From an uncultured Gammaproteobacteria bacterium (GTDB lineage: Bacteria > Patescibacteriota > Microgenomatia > CAYXHB01): a stretch of DNA of 63,122 nt. Positions 9,095-18,964 of this stretch are shown here, in pieces (the first letter of the stretch is position 1; each line of letters opens with the position of its first letter). The translations under genes and the position numbers were made by a program. The stretch lies in the NCBI GenBank assembly GCA_964561945.1, contig CAZLQM010000004.1, positions 1 through 63,122 on the forward strand, written 5' to 3'. The notes under the pieces are model-generated. The model was not told the DNA's origin, did not search any database, and saw only the letters and a list, made by a program, of their open reading frames with translations.

Positions 9095-12000
9095 ATGTCA
9101 AATTCCGACGCTTCATACCTTGATAAAATACAATTCCCCTCCTCTCTCAACCAATCCTTCATCGCCAAATATCTCAAGAACTTTAGAATTCCTCTCCTCA
9201 TTATTTTAACCCTAATTCTCGTCGGAGTTTCTAGTTACAACCTCCTCCCCAAACGTCTTAATCCAGAAGTCAAAATCCCCATAATCACTGTCATTACTTC
9301 AGCTCCAGGATCAAATGCCACCGACATCGAAGACTTAATCACCAACCCCTTAGAAAAACAAATCAAACAACTCTCCAACATCAGTGAATTCAACTCCATT
9401 TCCCAAGACAACTTATCATTAATTACTATACAGTTTGAGTCAAAAATCCTTGCCAAAGATGCCCAAAATGACGTCCAAAACAAAGTAAACCAAGCCAATC
9501 TCCAAGGAATCCTTACTACTCCCCAAGTCCAGGCTCTCGATTTTGAAGATCAACCCATCTGGACTTTAGCAATCACAGGACTCCCCTCTCAAGAACTCAA
9601 CCAACAAGCTCAATTACTCAAAGAAAATCTCGAAAATCTATCTCTAATTAATCGAGTTACCCTCTCAGGAGCTCCTCAAAATCAAATAAACATCAATCTT
9701 GACCTTCAAAAAATCCAAAACTACGGTCTTAATATACCTCAAATTTCCACAGCCATTTCCCAAAGTTTACAAATCACTCCTGCAGGTTCTGTTTCCAACA
9801 ACAAATATAATTTTACAGTTGCAATAGCCTCATCTATCAACAATCTAGACGAACTCAGGAATCTTCCAATTTCAGTAGGGAACCAAATTCTTCCATTAGG
9901 ATCAATTGCTCAAATTATCCAACAACCCAAACCCAACTCTTCTCTCACCTATATTTCCAACTCACAAATCAAAAACGAAGAAGCAGTCATCCTCTCCATT
10001 TACAAAAATTCCCAAAGTGATATCGTCGCCACAGGCAATCAAGCCCAAGCCTCAATCGATCAATTTATAACCCAAAATCCCCAAATCAAACTCACTACCC
10101 TAACCAACGTCAGCCAAGATATCAATCAACAGTTCAGTGATTTAATTCGTGAATTCCGCACCACAATTTTGCTTGTAGGCGGCACACTGTTACTCTTCTT
10201 AGGTGTCAGACAAGCCTTAATCAGCTCTCTTACGGTACCCCTCACTTTTCTTTCTGCCTTTGCTATCATGCAGGCCTTCGGTCAATCAATTAATTTCCTA
10301 TCTCTCTTTGCCTTTTTACTTGCCCTAGGATTACTCGTTGACGACACCATCGTCATCGTCTCTTCAATGACTTCATATTATCAAACAAAAAAATTTACTA
10401 CCCTCCAAACAGGACTTCTCGTTTGGCGCGACACCATAGTCCCAATTTGGTCAACCACCCTTACCACCATTTGGTCATTCGTCCCCCTACTTCTCAGTAG
10501 TGGCATTATTGGAGAATTCATCAAACCAATTCCCATTGTTGTCACCGCCACCATGCTATCTTCAACCGCCATTGCTGTATTTATCACTCTTCCATTAATG
10601 ATCGTCATTCTCAAACCTCGTATCCCAACTAGAGTTACAATTTTAATCAAACTCATAACTTGGATCGCACTTCTCACCGCCGTTATATTTATTAGTCGCA
10701 ACACCCCGCTCCTTCCTCTAATCATTACAATTTTCATTATCATTACCATCATCACCTTATTAATTCGCAACCAACTTCAAACTCATACATCACCGTTCCA
10801 AAAACAACCTTCAATCAAAAAAATCTCTTCTTTTGCCCAACAATTAATGGATAAGAGACTCATAAATATTCAACCTCTAAGCAACGGATACTATAATTTA
10901 ATCAAGCGAATTTTATCCAACAAATCAAGTCGTCGCAAAGTAGTCATTGCCAGCATCTCATACGCCCTGATTTGTTTTGCTCTCTTGCCTCTAGGTCTAG
11001 TCAAAAACGAATTTTTTCCCAAAACAGATAACGACATATTCTACATACAGCTCAAACTACCTTCAGGCACTTCAATCAATCAAACCAATACCAAAGCTCT
11101 TAACTTCATTGATACTCTATCATCTATACCTTATATAACTTTTATTACCACGGAAGTTGGCAAATCTCTTAGTGATCTCCAAGCCTTATCTTCCCAAGAT
11201 AACCAAATCCTTTATACATTGCGACTTGTACCTGAAAAGGACCGTCCATATAAATCTTATGAAATTACCGAGCATCTCCGAAATCAATTTCAAAATTATT
11301 CAGACACGATTCAAGTCCTCGAAGTAAGCGCAGGCCCCCCAGCTGGAGCTGACATTCAAGTTACATTTTTAGGAGATAATCTTAACGATTTAGAAACCAC
11401 CGCAGATAAAGCAGTTGCATATCTCAAACAACAACCCTCTGTTGCCAATCCCAACAAATCTCTTAACCCCAGCACCAGTCAAATCAATTTCCAAATAGAC
11501 TCTCTAGCCCTTCAACAATCTCAAATCTCCCGCAACCAAATTTCACAAGCCGTCAACCAAATCACCAAACCCCAAACTCTCGGCGCCCTTAGTTTAGCCA
11601 CCGAAACCACCGACCTTCCTCTGGTCCTTAATCTAACTTCCCAACCGCCTCAGGTAGAATTACTTAATCAAATCACCATTCCCAATTCAAAAGGACAACT
11701 TATTCCACTCTCTACTCTTGGTACATGGCAGGCTCAAATCAGCCCTCAAATTATCACCCACGACAACGCTACTAGATCAGTCACAGTTACAGCTGCCACT
11801 AGACCCAACTTCAATACAACCCAAGCCAACCAAGATTTACTTACTCAAATCCAATCATGGCAACTTCCTTCAAATGTTACATGGAAAACAGGCGGTGTAA
11901 ATCAAGAAAACGCTCGTTCTATTCAATCCATCCTCCTTGCTATGCTCTTATCCGCAGTCTTGATTCTCATCACCATGGTACTTCAATTCAGCTCTTTCCG

Positions 12001-12421
12001 CGCGGCTCTAATCGTTATTTTAGTTATTCCACTCGCTGTTTCTTCTGTCTTCCTAGCATTTGCTCTAACTCAAACTCCGGTATCATTTCCTGCCCTCATT
12101 GGTATCTTGTCACTTTTTGGAATTGTCGTAACTAACTCAATGTTTATCGTCGACAAAATTAATATAAACCTCAATCAAAAAATGCCTTTTATCGAAGCGA
12201 TCGCTGACGCAGGAGCTAGCCGCCTTGAGCCAATCATTCTTACCAAATTGTCAACTATCCTTGGCCTCCTTCCCATCACCCTAGCTGACCCCCTTTGGCG
12301 TGGACTTGGTGGTGCAATCATCTCAGGTATTGCCCTCGCTTCTATCATCATGCTTCTTTTCATCCCAGTCGTAACCTATGCCTGGCTCAAACCCAACTCC
12401 GCTAATCCCACAAATTCATAG
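9095..12421 (+). CDS. efflux RND transporter permease (AcrB/HAE family)
   Basis: 1108 aa with two 6-TM bundles. Typical segments include SLFAFLLALGLLVDDTIVIV and ILSLFGIVVTNSMFIVD, with large periplasmic loops. Confidence 0.9.
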   Translation: MSNSDASYLDKIQFPSSLNQSFIAKYLKNFRIPLLIILTLILVGVSSYNLLPKRLNPEVKIPIITVITSAPGSNATDIEDLITNPLEKQIKQLSNISEFNSISQDNLSLITIQFESKILAKDAQNDVQNKVNQANLQGILTTPQVQALDFEDQPIWTLAITGLPSQELNQQAQLLKENLENLSLINRVTLSGAPQNQININLDLQKIQNYGLNIPQISTAISQSLQITPAGSVSNNKYNFTVAIASSINNLDELRNLPISVGNQILPLGSIAQIIQQPKPNSSLTYISNSQIKNEEAVILSIYKNSQSDIVATGNQAQASIDQFITQNPQIKLTTLTNVSQDINQQFSDLIREFRTTILLVGGTLLLFLGVRQALISSLTVPLTFLSAFAIMQAFGQSINFLSLFAFLLALGLLVDDTIVIVSSMTSYYQTKKFTTLQTGLLVWRDTIVPIWSTTLTTIWSFVPLLLSSGIIGEFIKPIPIVVTATMLSSTAIAVFITLPLMIVILKPRIPTRVTILIKLITWIALLTAVIFISRNTPLLPLIITIFIIITIITLLIRNQLQTHTSPFQKQPSIKKISSFAQQLMDKRLINIQPLSNGYYNLIKRILSNKSSRRKVVIASISYALICFALLPLGLVKNEFFPKTDNDIFYIQLKLPSGTSINQTNTKALNFIDTLSSIPYITFITTEVGKSLSDLQALSSQDNQILYTLRLVPEKDRPYKSYEITEHLRNQFQNYSDTIQVLEVSAGPPAGADIQVTFLGDNLNDLETTADKAVAYLKQQPSVANPNKSLNPSTSQINFQIDSLALQQSQISRNQISQAVNQITKPQTLGALSLATETTDLPLVLNLTSQPPQVELLNQITIPNSKGQLIPLSTLGTWQAQISPQIITHDNATRSVTVTAATRPNFNTTQANQDLLTQIQSWQLPSNVTWKTGGVNQENARSIQSILLAMLLSAVLILITMVLQFSSFRAALIVILVIPLAVSSVFLAFALTQTPVSFPALIGILSLFGIVVTNSMFIVDKININLNQKMPFIEAIADAGASRLEPIILTKLSTILGLLPITLADPLWRGLGGAIISGIALASIIMLLFIPVVTYAWLKPNSANPTNS

Positions 12422-12860
12422 CTAATTTCCTAACCGCCACAGGCGTCATTCCCACAACCCATAATCGTAGCGACTCCCCCAACACAACTCGTATTTGGCC
12501 CAACCAACCCACCTTAGTCACCGAACTTCCAATTATTCCATCCAACTCCTTCAAACTCCCAAGTGTATCAATTTGATTAAATAAACTTGTAATTATTAAT
12601 AATCCCAATATCCAAATTACCAAAACTCCAAACATATATACCAATACATCTACCACTAACAATTTCCAACTTAGTACTCTTACTCTTTCTACCCACAACA
12701 TAGTATAAATTACCCCCAATCCCAACCATACAATCTCAGATCCCAAGCGCCAATTATCTCGTATATATTCAGGCTTAAACCACAAACCAACCAGTAGACT
12801 CACCACCCACAACACCGCTCCAATACTTACCATCCATCCCAAACTTCTCTTATTTAACAT
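12402..12860 (-). CDS. hypothetical membrane protein
   Basis: 152-aa ORF with several hydrophobic helices. No motif recognised. Confidence 0.45.
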   Translation of the reverse strand: MLNKRSLGWMVSIGAVLWVVSLLVGLWFKPEYIRDNWRLGSEIVWLGLGVIYTMLWVERVRVLSWKLLVVDVLVYMFGVLVIWILGLLIITSLFNQIDTLGSLKELDGIIGSSVTKVGWLGQIRVVLGESLRLWVVGMTPVAVRKLAMNLWD

Positions 12861-12863
12861 ACT

Positions 12864-13385
12864 TTATTTCTTACTCGACTCAAACCACCTTCGGCTAACT
12901 ACTCCAATCAAAACTAAACTTCCCAGAGCCATCACAAATCTCCATCTCATGTCCAACATATCATCCCCAGCAAATCGCATGTTCGCATAAAGCACGCTCA
13001 CCACTCCCCCAAACACCAATCCTTGTCTTACAGGCTCACTCAAATGCTTTATATAAAACACGCCACTCAATATCGCTAATAATCCCAAAACTGAAACTAT
13101 AATAAAGTTACGAGTCACATAAGGCACCACTTCAAGTCTCGCCGCCTCAAGACACTTCTCACGCTCATCATTTTGTAATTTATACTGCTCAGGACCCAAA
13201 TCACCGTAATTATCAAACTTCGTACATTGCTTATAAAAATCAGTATCTACTGGCAAAAAAGCCTCCACCCCAAATCCCACAGTTAATGGATAACTAACCA
13301 CCACCGCCAAAATCACCGCTATTTTTATAACCCAATCCATACCACCAATATACAACAATCCCAACTCACTCCTCAAGTTTGACAA
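12864..13385 (-). CDS. hypothetical membrane protein
   Basis: 173-aa ORF with TM helices. It is in the same frame as the downstream ORF 12402-12860, separated by TAA plus one codon. Confidence 0.45.
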   Translation of the reverse strand: MSNLRSELGLLYIGGMDWVIKIAVILAVVVSYPLTVGFGVEAFLPVDTDFYKQCTKFDNYGDLGPEQYKLQNDEREKCLEAARLEVVPYVTRNFIIVSVLGLLAILSGVFYIKHLSEPVRQGLVFGGVVSVLYANMRFAGDDMLDMRWRFVMALGSLVLIGVVSRRWFESSKK

Positions 13386-13809
13386 TCTGATTCACCCGTC
13401 TTTGGTGCCTCTCTTCCTGACTAAACGGTGTTTCTAAAAACTCATGCACAATCTCGGTTGCCATCTCAAAAGAAATATAATCTGCAGCCAATGCCAATAC
13501 CGTAATATCATCATCACTCCGAGCGCTTTTTATCTGTTCTTTATTCAACGCTTGGCCACACCTGACTCCCTCAATTTTATTCGCTACAATACACACGCCC
13601 ACCCCACTCCCGCACAACACAATTCCTCTTGCACTTGAATCTTCACTCACCACTCTTGAAACTCTCACAGCATACTCAGGATAATCATCCATAGGTTCCA
13701 TCTGATACGCTCCCATATCATTTACCTCATGCCCCTGACTTTGTAACCACTCAACTAATCTATGCTTTAATCCAAACCCTCTATGATCTGCTCCAATCAC
13801 AACCTTCAT
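13366..13809 (-). CDS. rpiB: ribose-5-phosphate isomerase B
   Basis: MKVVIGADHRGFGLK...GIVLCGSGVGVCIVANKIEGVRCG, the typical RpiB/LacAB signature. Confidence 0.9.
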   Translation of the reverse strand: MKVVIGADHRGFGLKHRLVEWLQSQGHEVNDMGAYQMEPMDDYPEYAVRVSRVVSEDSSARGIVLCGSGVGVCIVANKIEGVRCGQALNKEQIKSARSDDDITVLALAADYISFEMATEIVHEFLETPFSQEERHQRRVNQIVKLEE

Positions 13810-13890
13810 ACATTCATGATACTCGCAAACCCAACACTATTCCAGACATGCCAATCTCAAACCCACTCCTTAATTCTTTAAACTACCAAT

Positions 13891-14544
13891 TTACTCCCCA
13901 TACCCATCCAGCAATTCCCTTAACTTCCCTTCCGGATTTTCGCTAGTCATCACACTACTAGCCAACAAAAATCCCTTAGCTCCTAGTTCCAACCCTTTCT
14001 TGATATCACTCATCCCCTGAATTCCTGCACCAATCAAAAGTTGTGTTTCTCCACATTTCTCAATTGCAGCCACTACAACTTCAGGCTTAGCAGTCGCCAC
14101 AGATAATTCTTTATTTCCAATTAACTCAGGTGGTTCATAAGCTATCCAATCAGGATTAAACGGCAATACTCTCTCTACCTCTTCCAAACTATCCGCGCAT
14201 ATTCCAACCGCCAGCCCAACTTCCCGACATCTCAACACACTTGCCTCCAAATCTTCCATTGATAACTTTCTCTCAGCATGATTAAGCATTACTCCCCTAG
14301 CTCCATTTTGTTTTACATCTTCAGGCAACACACTTCCACTATGTGATCCATAACTTACCCCATCTGCATGCTGACACCAACTCCAATCTTGCTCCACTTG
14401 CGAAACTCTAAACACATCTCCCGCTTGCACCACAGGTACAACTTCAATTCCATATACCAAACTCACTCGCCTAATCATATCAGCCATCCCCCTTGCCTTA
14501 ACTCCCGTCCCCTGTTCATATGTCTTAAAATTTACATATATCAT
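13891..14544 (-). CDS. tpiA: triosephosphate isomerase, short archaeal type
   Basis: 217 aa. VNFKTYEQGTG, GSHSGSVLPEDVKQNGARGVMLNHAERK, AYEPPELIG and GAGI...GFLLASSV align by eye with archaeal TIMs (INFKTY.EATG, LLNHSENR, VEPPELIGTG). Confidence 0.8.
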   Translation of the reverse strand: MIYVNFKTYEQGTGVKARGMADMIRRVSLVYGIEVVPVVQAGDVFRVSQVEQDWSWCQHADGVSYGSHSGSVLPEDVKQNGARGVMLNHAERKLSMEDLEASVLRCREVGLAVGICADSLEEVERVLPFNPDWIAYEPPELIGNKELSVATAKPEVVVAAIEKCGETQLLIGAGIQGMSDIKKGLELGAKGFLLASSVMTSENPEGKLRELLDGYGE

Positions 14545-14575
14545 TTCCTTTTCATCTTAACCCCTCTACAAAATA

Positions 14576-15568
14576 CTATCCAGTCACAAATTCTTTCTTT
14601 ATCATGTTTTTACCCCCCAAATTAGGGTTTCTAGCAATCTTCGCAGCTCCCCATGCAGGCGAAACTCCCAGATCCACAAAACTCACCTCCGCAGTTACCT
14701 CAATAATCCTATTCTTTAATTCTTCTACAATATAATCATTTACTCTTAGCATTCCTCCTGCTAATTTAACTCCAAATTTTCCACTCAATTCCAATCTCTT
14801 CACCACAGTCCTATACGCCAAAACCAACTCATCAATCATCTCCCCAACAACCAATTTTACAAAAGTATCTTCTTTATAATCCGCCTCATACACAATTTGT
14901 CCCAAGCTTGCCACTTCATCCACTCGACCCTTTTCATCTCGATACACATACTCAAACAATTCCTCCAAACTAGATAAACCCAAAATATCCATCACCCGCA
15001 TACTTAATTTATTTACCTCACGACCATCATATTCTTTCATAGCCTGTTGTAGTATTTTCCTCCCCAGAGCATATCCTGATCCTTGATCTCCCAAAACATA
15101 ACCCCAATCTCCTGCCTTGGCTTCTTTATCATCACATATTCCATAACAATTTGCTCCAGTTCCAGAAATTAAACATACTCCTCGATTCTCTTCAATTCCA
15201 CTGCGCAACGCTACTACTCCATCATTAACCAAATATAATTCTCTCAGTCCCCACATTTCATCTTTATTTTGCAAATAATCTTCTATCCTACTTTTATCTA
15301 ACCGAGTGTCCAATCCCGCCAACCCAATACAACCAGATCTCAAAACATGTCCCGGAATCACAAAAGGATCACCAATTGTTTCCGCCAAATCAATTTTTGC
15401 TTGCCTTATTGCTTCTTCAATATTTCCAATCATATCTCCAAAAAGACAATTATGCAGATTTCCACCTTCAGACAAACCTCGCCCCCAAACCTGTCCCATC
15501 TCGTCCATAATTGCTACCTCAGTTTTTGTTCCTCCCACATCAATCCCCAAATAATAATTAGTTTCCAT
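14576..15568 (-). CDS. BadF/BadG/BcrA/BcrD-type ATPase (N-acetylglucosamine kinase-like sugar kinase)
   Basis: ASKHA phosphate-1 motif YYLGIDVGGTKTE, LISGTGANC and GDQGSGYALG. Confidence 0.75.
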   Translation of the reverse strand: METNYYLGIDVGGTKTEVAIMDEMGQVWGRGLSEGGNLHNCLFGDMIGNIEEAIRQAKIDLAETIGDPFVIPGHVLRSGCIGLAGLDTRLDKSRIEDYLQNKDEMWGLRELYLVNDGVVALRSGIEENRGVCLISGTGANCYGICDDKEAKAGDWGYVLGDQGSGYALGRKILQQAMKEYDGREVNKLSMRVMDILGLSSLEELFEYVYRDEKGRVDEVASLGQIVYEADYKEDTFVKLVVGEMIDELVLAYRTVVKRLELSGKFGVKLAGGMLRVNDYIVEELKNRIIEVTAEVSFVDLGVSPAWGAAKIARNPNLGGKNMIKKEFVTG

Positions 15569-15588
15569 ACTCTATTTATTCTATCAAA

Positions 15589-15921
15589 CTACCACATCCC
15601 CAATTCCATCTTAGCTTCTTCACTCATCATCCCCGCATGCCACAGTGGTTCAAAGGTTATTTCAATATCGCACCTTCCAACTCCATCAATTTTCCTGATT
15701 GGTCCCCCGACTAACTCATCAAACATTGCCACCAAAGGACAAGCAGGACTCGTCAAAGTCATCAAAATCCTTACTCTATCTCCCTTTGGCATCCACTCCT
15801 CACTAGCTTCATATTCCTCAACCTCAACCTTATAAATCAATCCCAAATCCACCAAATTAATCATTAACTCAGGATCCATCACAGTTTTGAGTTTGTCCCA
15901 AATCACCTCTTCAGCTACCAT
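15589..15921 (-). CDS. DUF59 (MIP18/SufT-like) metal-sulfur cluster assembly factor
   Basis: VIWDKLKTVMDPELMINLVDLGLIY...LMTLTSPACP. Start set at MVAEE (ATG 15921); the track ORF extends to 15957. Confidence 0.8.
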   Translation of the reverse strand: MVAEEVIWDKLKTVMDPELMINLVDLGLIYKVEVEEYEASEEWMPKGDRVRILMTLTSPACPLVAMFDELVGGPIRKIDGVGRCDIEITFEPLWHAGMMSEEAKMELGMW

Positions 15922-15943
15922 AATCTCTATATTGTACCAATTT

Positions 15944-16357
15944 ATGAAACTTCCCAAACTTATCCTTCAATTTTATTTAACTTTACTTATTCCCAGTATC
16001 TATTTGTTAGTCTTATATCTAATTGCCACTTACCCCAAAACTTTTCCCAATTTTAATTTTCTCAACTCACCAATTTTCCAAATCATCAACCTCTCAATCA
16101 GCTTACTAGGTATCTTCATTTGGATTTCTTCATATTTCTATCTCAAAAATTCATTTGGGGTTCTCCCCACCACCAAACCTCGTATTACCAAAGGTATTTA
16201 TCGCTATTTCTCCCATCCCATGTACTTAGGCATTTTCTTAACCTTTAACGGACTTGCTCTTACCACTCTTTCTCTCCTAGGCTTTCTAGTCAATTTATTT
16301 ATCCTCACTCCCATCAACATTTTCCGTGCCAAATCCGAAAGCCAATATCTAACTTAG
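15944..16357 (+). CDS. isoprenylcysteine carboxyl / phospholipid methyltransferase family membrane protein
   Basis: TKGIYRYFSHPMYLGIFLTFNG is a family motif, with a multi-TM topology. Start set at the ATG at 15944 (MKLPKL). Confidence 0.65.
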   Translation: MKLPKLILQFYLTLLIPSIYLLVLYLIATYPKTFPNFNFLNSPIFQIINLSISLLGIFIWISSYFYLKNSFGVLPTTKPRITKGIYRYFSHPMYLGIFLTFNGLALTTLSLLGFLVNLFILTPINIFRAKSESQYLT

Positions 16358-18885
16358 CTTACAAACTTCTCATCGATCATGATCTCCAAACCCCGCGTAT
16401 CCTCACGAGTTAACAGTATCTTGGCAATTTTTGACTCAACCACATTCTGAATATATCGTCTTATTGGTCGCGCACCCAGTTGCTCCTTTTCTGTTCTTTG
16501 TGCAATTAATAACACCACTTCATCGCTCCAACTAATCTTAATCTCTTTTTTCATTAATCTATCGGCTAGTTTTTGCATTTCCAATCTCACCACTTGCTGT
16601 AGTTGCTCCAAATCCAAAGGCGCAAATGGCACAATCCCATCAAATCTATTTATAAACTCCAATCGAAAAGTCTTGGCCAACTCACCGTTCAACTCATCTT
16701 TCATCTCCTCCACGCTCCTCCCCATTCTGATTTGCTCTTGAATAAAAGAAGTTACCGCGTTGCTCGTCGCAATCAAAATCGTATGACTAAAATCAACCGT
16801 CAACCCAGCTGCGTCAGTCAATCTCCCATCCTCCATAACTTGCAATAACAAATCCCACACTTTTGGATGCGCCTTTTCAATTTCATCCAAAAGTATCAAA
16901 CAAAAGGGCTGTCTTCTAACTTTTTCCGTCAACTCACCACCCTGACCAAAACCGCTCACGCCCACAGGCGAACCAATTAAACGATTAATCATCTGCAACT
17001 GCGAAAACTCGGTCATATCCAATCTAATCATTGCATCCGCACTACCAAAATAAACCTTTGCCAACTGTCTGGATAACTCAGTCTTACCAACTCCAGTTGG
17101 GCCCACAAACATAAAACTTCCAATCGGGCGCTCTCCGCTATTCACATCTAGCCTTGCCCTACGCAATGAATCCGCCACGCTCACTACAGCGCTATCTTGT
17201 CCCACAAACGCTTTATGTATCTCTGCTTCCAATTCCAACAATTTGCTTTTCTCGCTCAAATCTACCTTGTGTACAGGCACACCACTCTTAACACTAATCA
17301 ACTTGGCTACCATTTCCTCATCCACATATATCAATCCCGACATTTTTGCATTAGCTCCCGCCTCATCCAGAATCCTTTTAGCTTTATCGGGCAACAATCC
17401 TTCAGCCAAGTATCTCCGTGACAACACAACAGCATCTCGCAACGCTTTGTAGCTATACACCACTCCGTGTGTTACCTCCAAATCATGCACCAAATTTTGC
17501 AAAATCAAAATTGCACTTCCATCGTCAGGCTCCTCAATCTTCAGCAAATTAAACATCTTCGCAAATGACTCAACCGGCTCAATAAACCGTTTGAAATTCT
17601 TAATAGTCGTCGCCCCAATCAAAGCAATATCGCTCCGCCCAATAGCCTCCTGCAATACCGAAAACAAATTCATCCCTGAATCCAAACCCTCATTCGTCAT
17701 CAAAGTATGAATATCATCTATAAACAAAATAATATCCCGCGAAAACTTCACCTCATCCAACAAATGCACCAACCTAGACACAGACTCACTCTGAGTTTTG
17801 ACTCCCGCCAACAATCTCCCAATCTCAATTTTTACCAATCTCTTATTCCTTATCACCTCTGGAGCATTTCCATTCATAATCATCTTGGCTATCCCGCCAA
17901 TAAACGTAGATTTACCTACTCCACTTTCTCCTATAACCATAATATTTTCCCCACGGGACCGACCCAAGCCTGCAAACAATTCCTGATACTTCTCATCTCT
18001 CCCAATCGCCTCCGGCAAACTATTGGCATTAGCTGTCAAATCAATACTAAATCGATCCAACAAACTCGTCTTTACACTAGTCATCCCTCGATTAAAACCT
18101 GCCATTTCTCCAATTTGGTATTTCTTATGCCAAATTGGATACTTCTTCCACCACCGAATTTCATTCTCATACCAATCCAGAACCGCATCCAAATCCTCCA
18201 TCTCAATATATCTATTTCTCATTAAAGCTTTCATTCCTTCATCAAACTCGATAAACGACCGCAATAGAATCCCCACATGCACATCTCCACCCCTAACACC
18301 TACTCTCTTCCACACACTCGCACCCCAAACATTCCTATCAACACTTGTCTCCAACGGCAGATCATTTGCCCACAAACCCATCCTCAACAACCACCACTGC
18401 ACCTTAACATCTTTCCACCAAAAGCCAAAATTCCCATACTTCACCATTAATCCTCTTGTATCCCGATCACATACATCTTTCAATTTATCCCAAGTATAAG
18501 CTCCCTCCATTTCACTCCACGCCTGACCCATCTGCAATCTCACTCCAAACATCACTCCTACCATCACCAACCAGATCACACTAAAACCCAAATTAAATCC
18601 GCCTAACAAAAATCCCAACCATATCCACAAACCCAATATAATTCCTACCAAATATGTTATCAACACAAACAAATATCCACTCACAATAAAGATCAATCTA
18701 AAACTCACCGTTAACAAATACCCCACAAAAGTAGAATCATGAAACATTGGTTTAATAAACATCTGCCAATGCACCCCCACTCCAAACATTTCCAAAATAT
18801 ACTTACCCAAATTCCGTAATAATCGCCAATAACTTATGGGCAAATCCATTACAAACCATTTCACAAAATGTAATAATAAACTCAT
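16354..18885 (-). CDS. ClpA/ClpB-family double AAA+ ATPase with an N-terminal multi-TM domain
   Basis: NBD1 has Walker A GESGVGKST and Walker B ILFIDDIHTL. NBD2 has GPTGVGKTELSRQLA and LILLDEIEKAHPKVWDLLLQVMEDGRLTD. The first ~300 aa carry hydrophobic helices where a Clp-N domain would normally sit. Start set at MSLLLHF (ATG 18885). Confidence 0.85.
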   Translation of the reverse strand: MSLLLHFVKWFVMDLPISYWRLLRNLGKYILEMFGVGVHWQMFIKPMFHDSTFVGYLLTVSFRLIFIVSGYLFVLITYLVGIILGLWIWLGFLLGGFNLGFSVIWLVMVGVMFGVRLQMGQAWSEMEGAYTWDKLKDVCDRDTRGLMVKYGNFGFWWKDVKVQWWLLRMGLWANDLPLETSVDRNVWGASVWKRVGVRGGDVHVGILLRSFIEFDEGMKALMRNRYIEMEDLDAVLDWYENEIRWWKKYPIWHKKYQIGEMAGFNRGMTSVKTSLLDRFSIDLTANANSLPEAIGRDEKYQELFAGLGRSRGENIMVIGESGVGKSTFIGGIAKMIMNGNAPEVIRNKRLVKIEIGRLLAGVKTQSESVSRLVHLLDEVKFSRDIILFIDDIHTLMTNEGLDSGMNLFSVLQEAIGRSDIALIGATTIKNFKRFIEPVESFAKMFNLLKIEEPDDGSAILILQNLVHDLEVTHGVVYSYKALRDAVVLSRRYLAEGLLPDKAKRILDEAGANAKMSGLIYVDEEMVAKLISVKSGVPVHKVDLSEKSKLLELEAEIHKAFVGQDSAVVSVADSLRRARLDVNSGERPIGSFMFVGPTGVGKTELSRQLAKVYFGSADAMIRLDMTEFSQLQMINRLIGSPVGVSGFGQGGELTEKVRRQPFCLILLDEIEKAHPKVWDLLLQVMEDGRLTDAAGLTVDFSHTILIATSNAVTSFIQEQIRMGRSVEEMKDELNGELAKTFRLEFINRFDGIVPFAPLDLEQLQQVVRLEMQKLADRLMKKEIKISWSDEVVLLIAQRTEKEQLGARPIRRYIQNVVESKIAKILLTREDTRGLEIMIDEKFVS

Positions 18886-18964
18886 ATCTATATTGTAGTA
18901 GGCAATTGATTCCAATCCAAACGTAACCTGCAAAATGATATAGTGAAATAAGCCTTTCCTGCCC

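Noticed and set aside
12402-13385. Two adjacent membrane ORFs (12864-13385 and 12402-12860) as one gene split by a nonsense codon. They are in the same frame, separated by TAA plus one codon.
   Set aside because: A shared frame has a 1-in-3 chance. The downstream ORF starts with its own ATG immediately after the stop. I recognise no family that would show continuity. Left as two genes.
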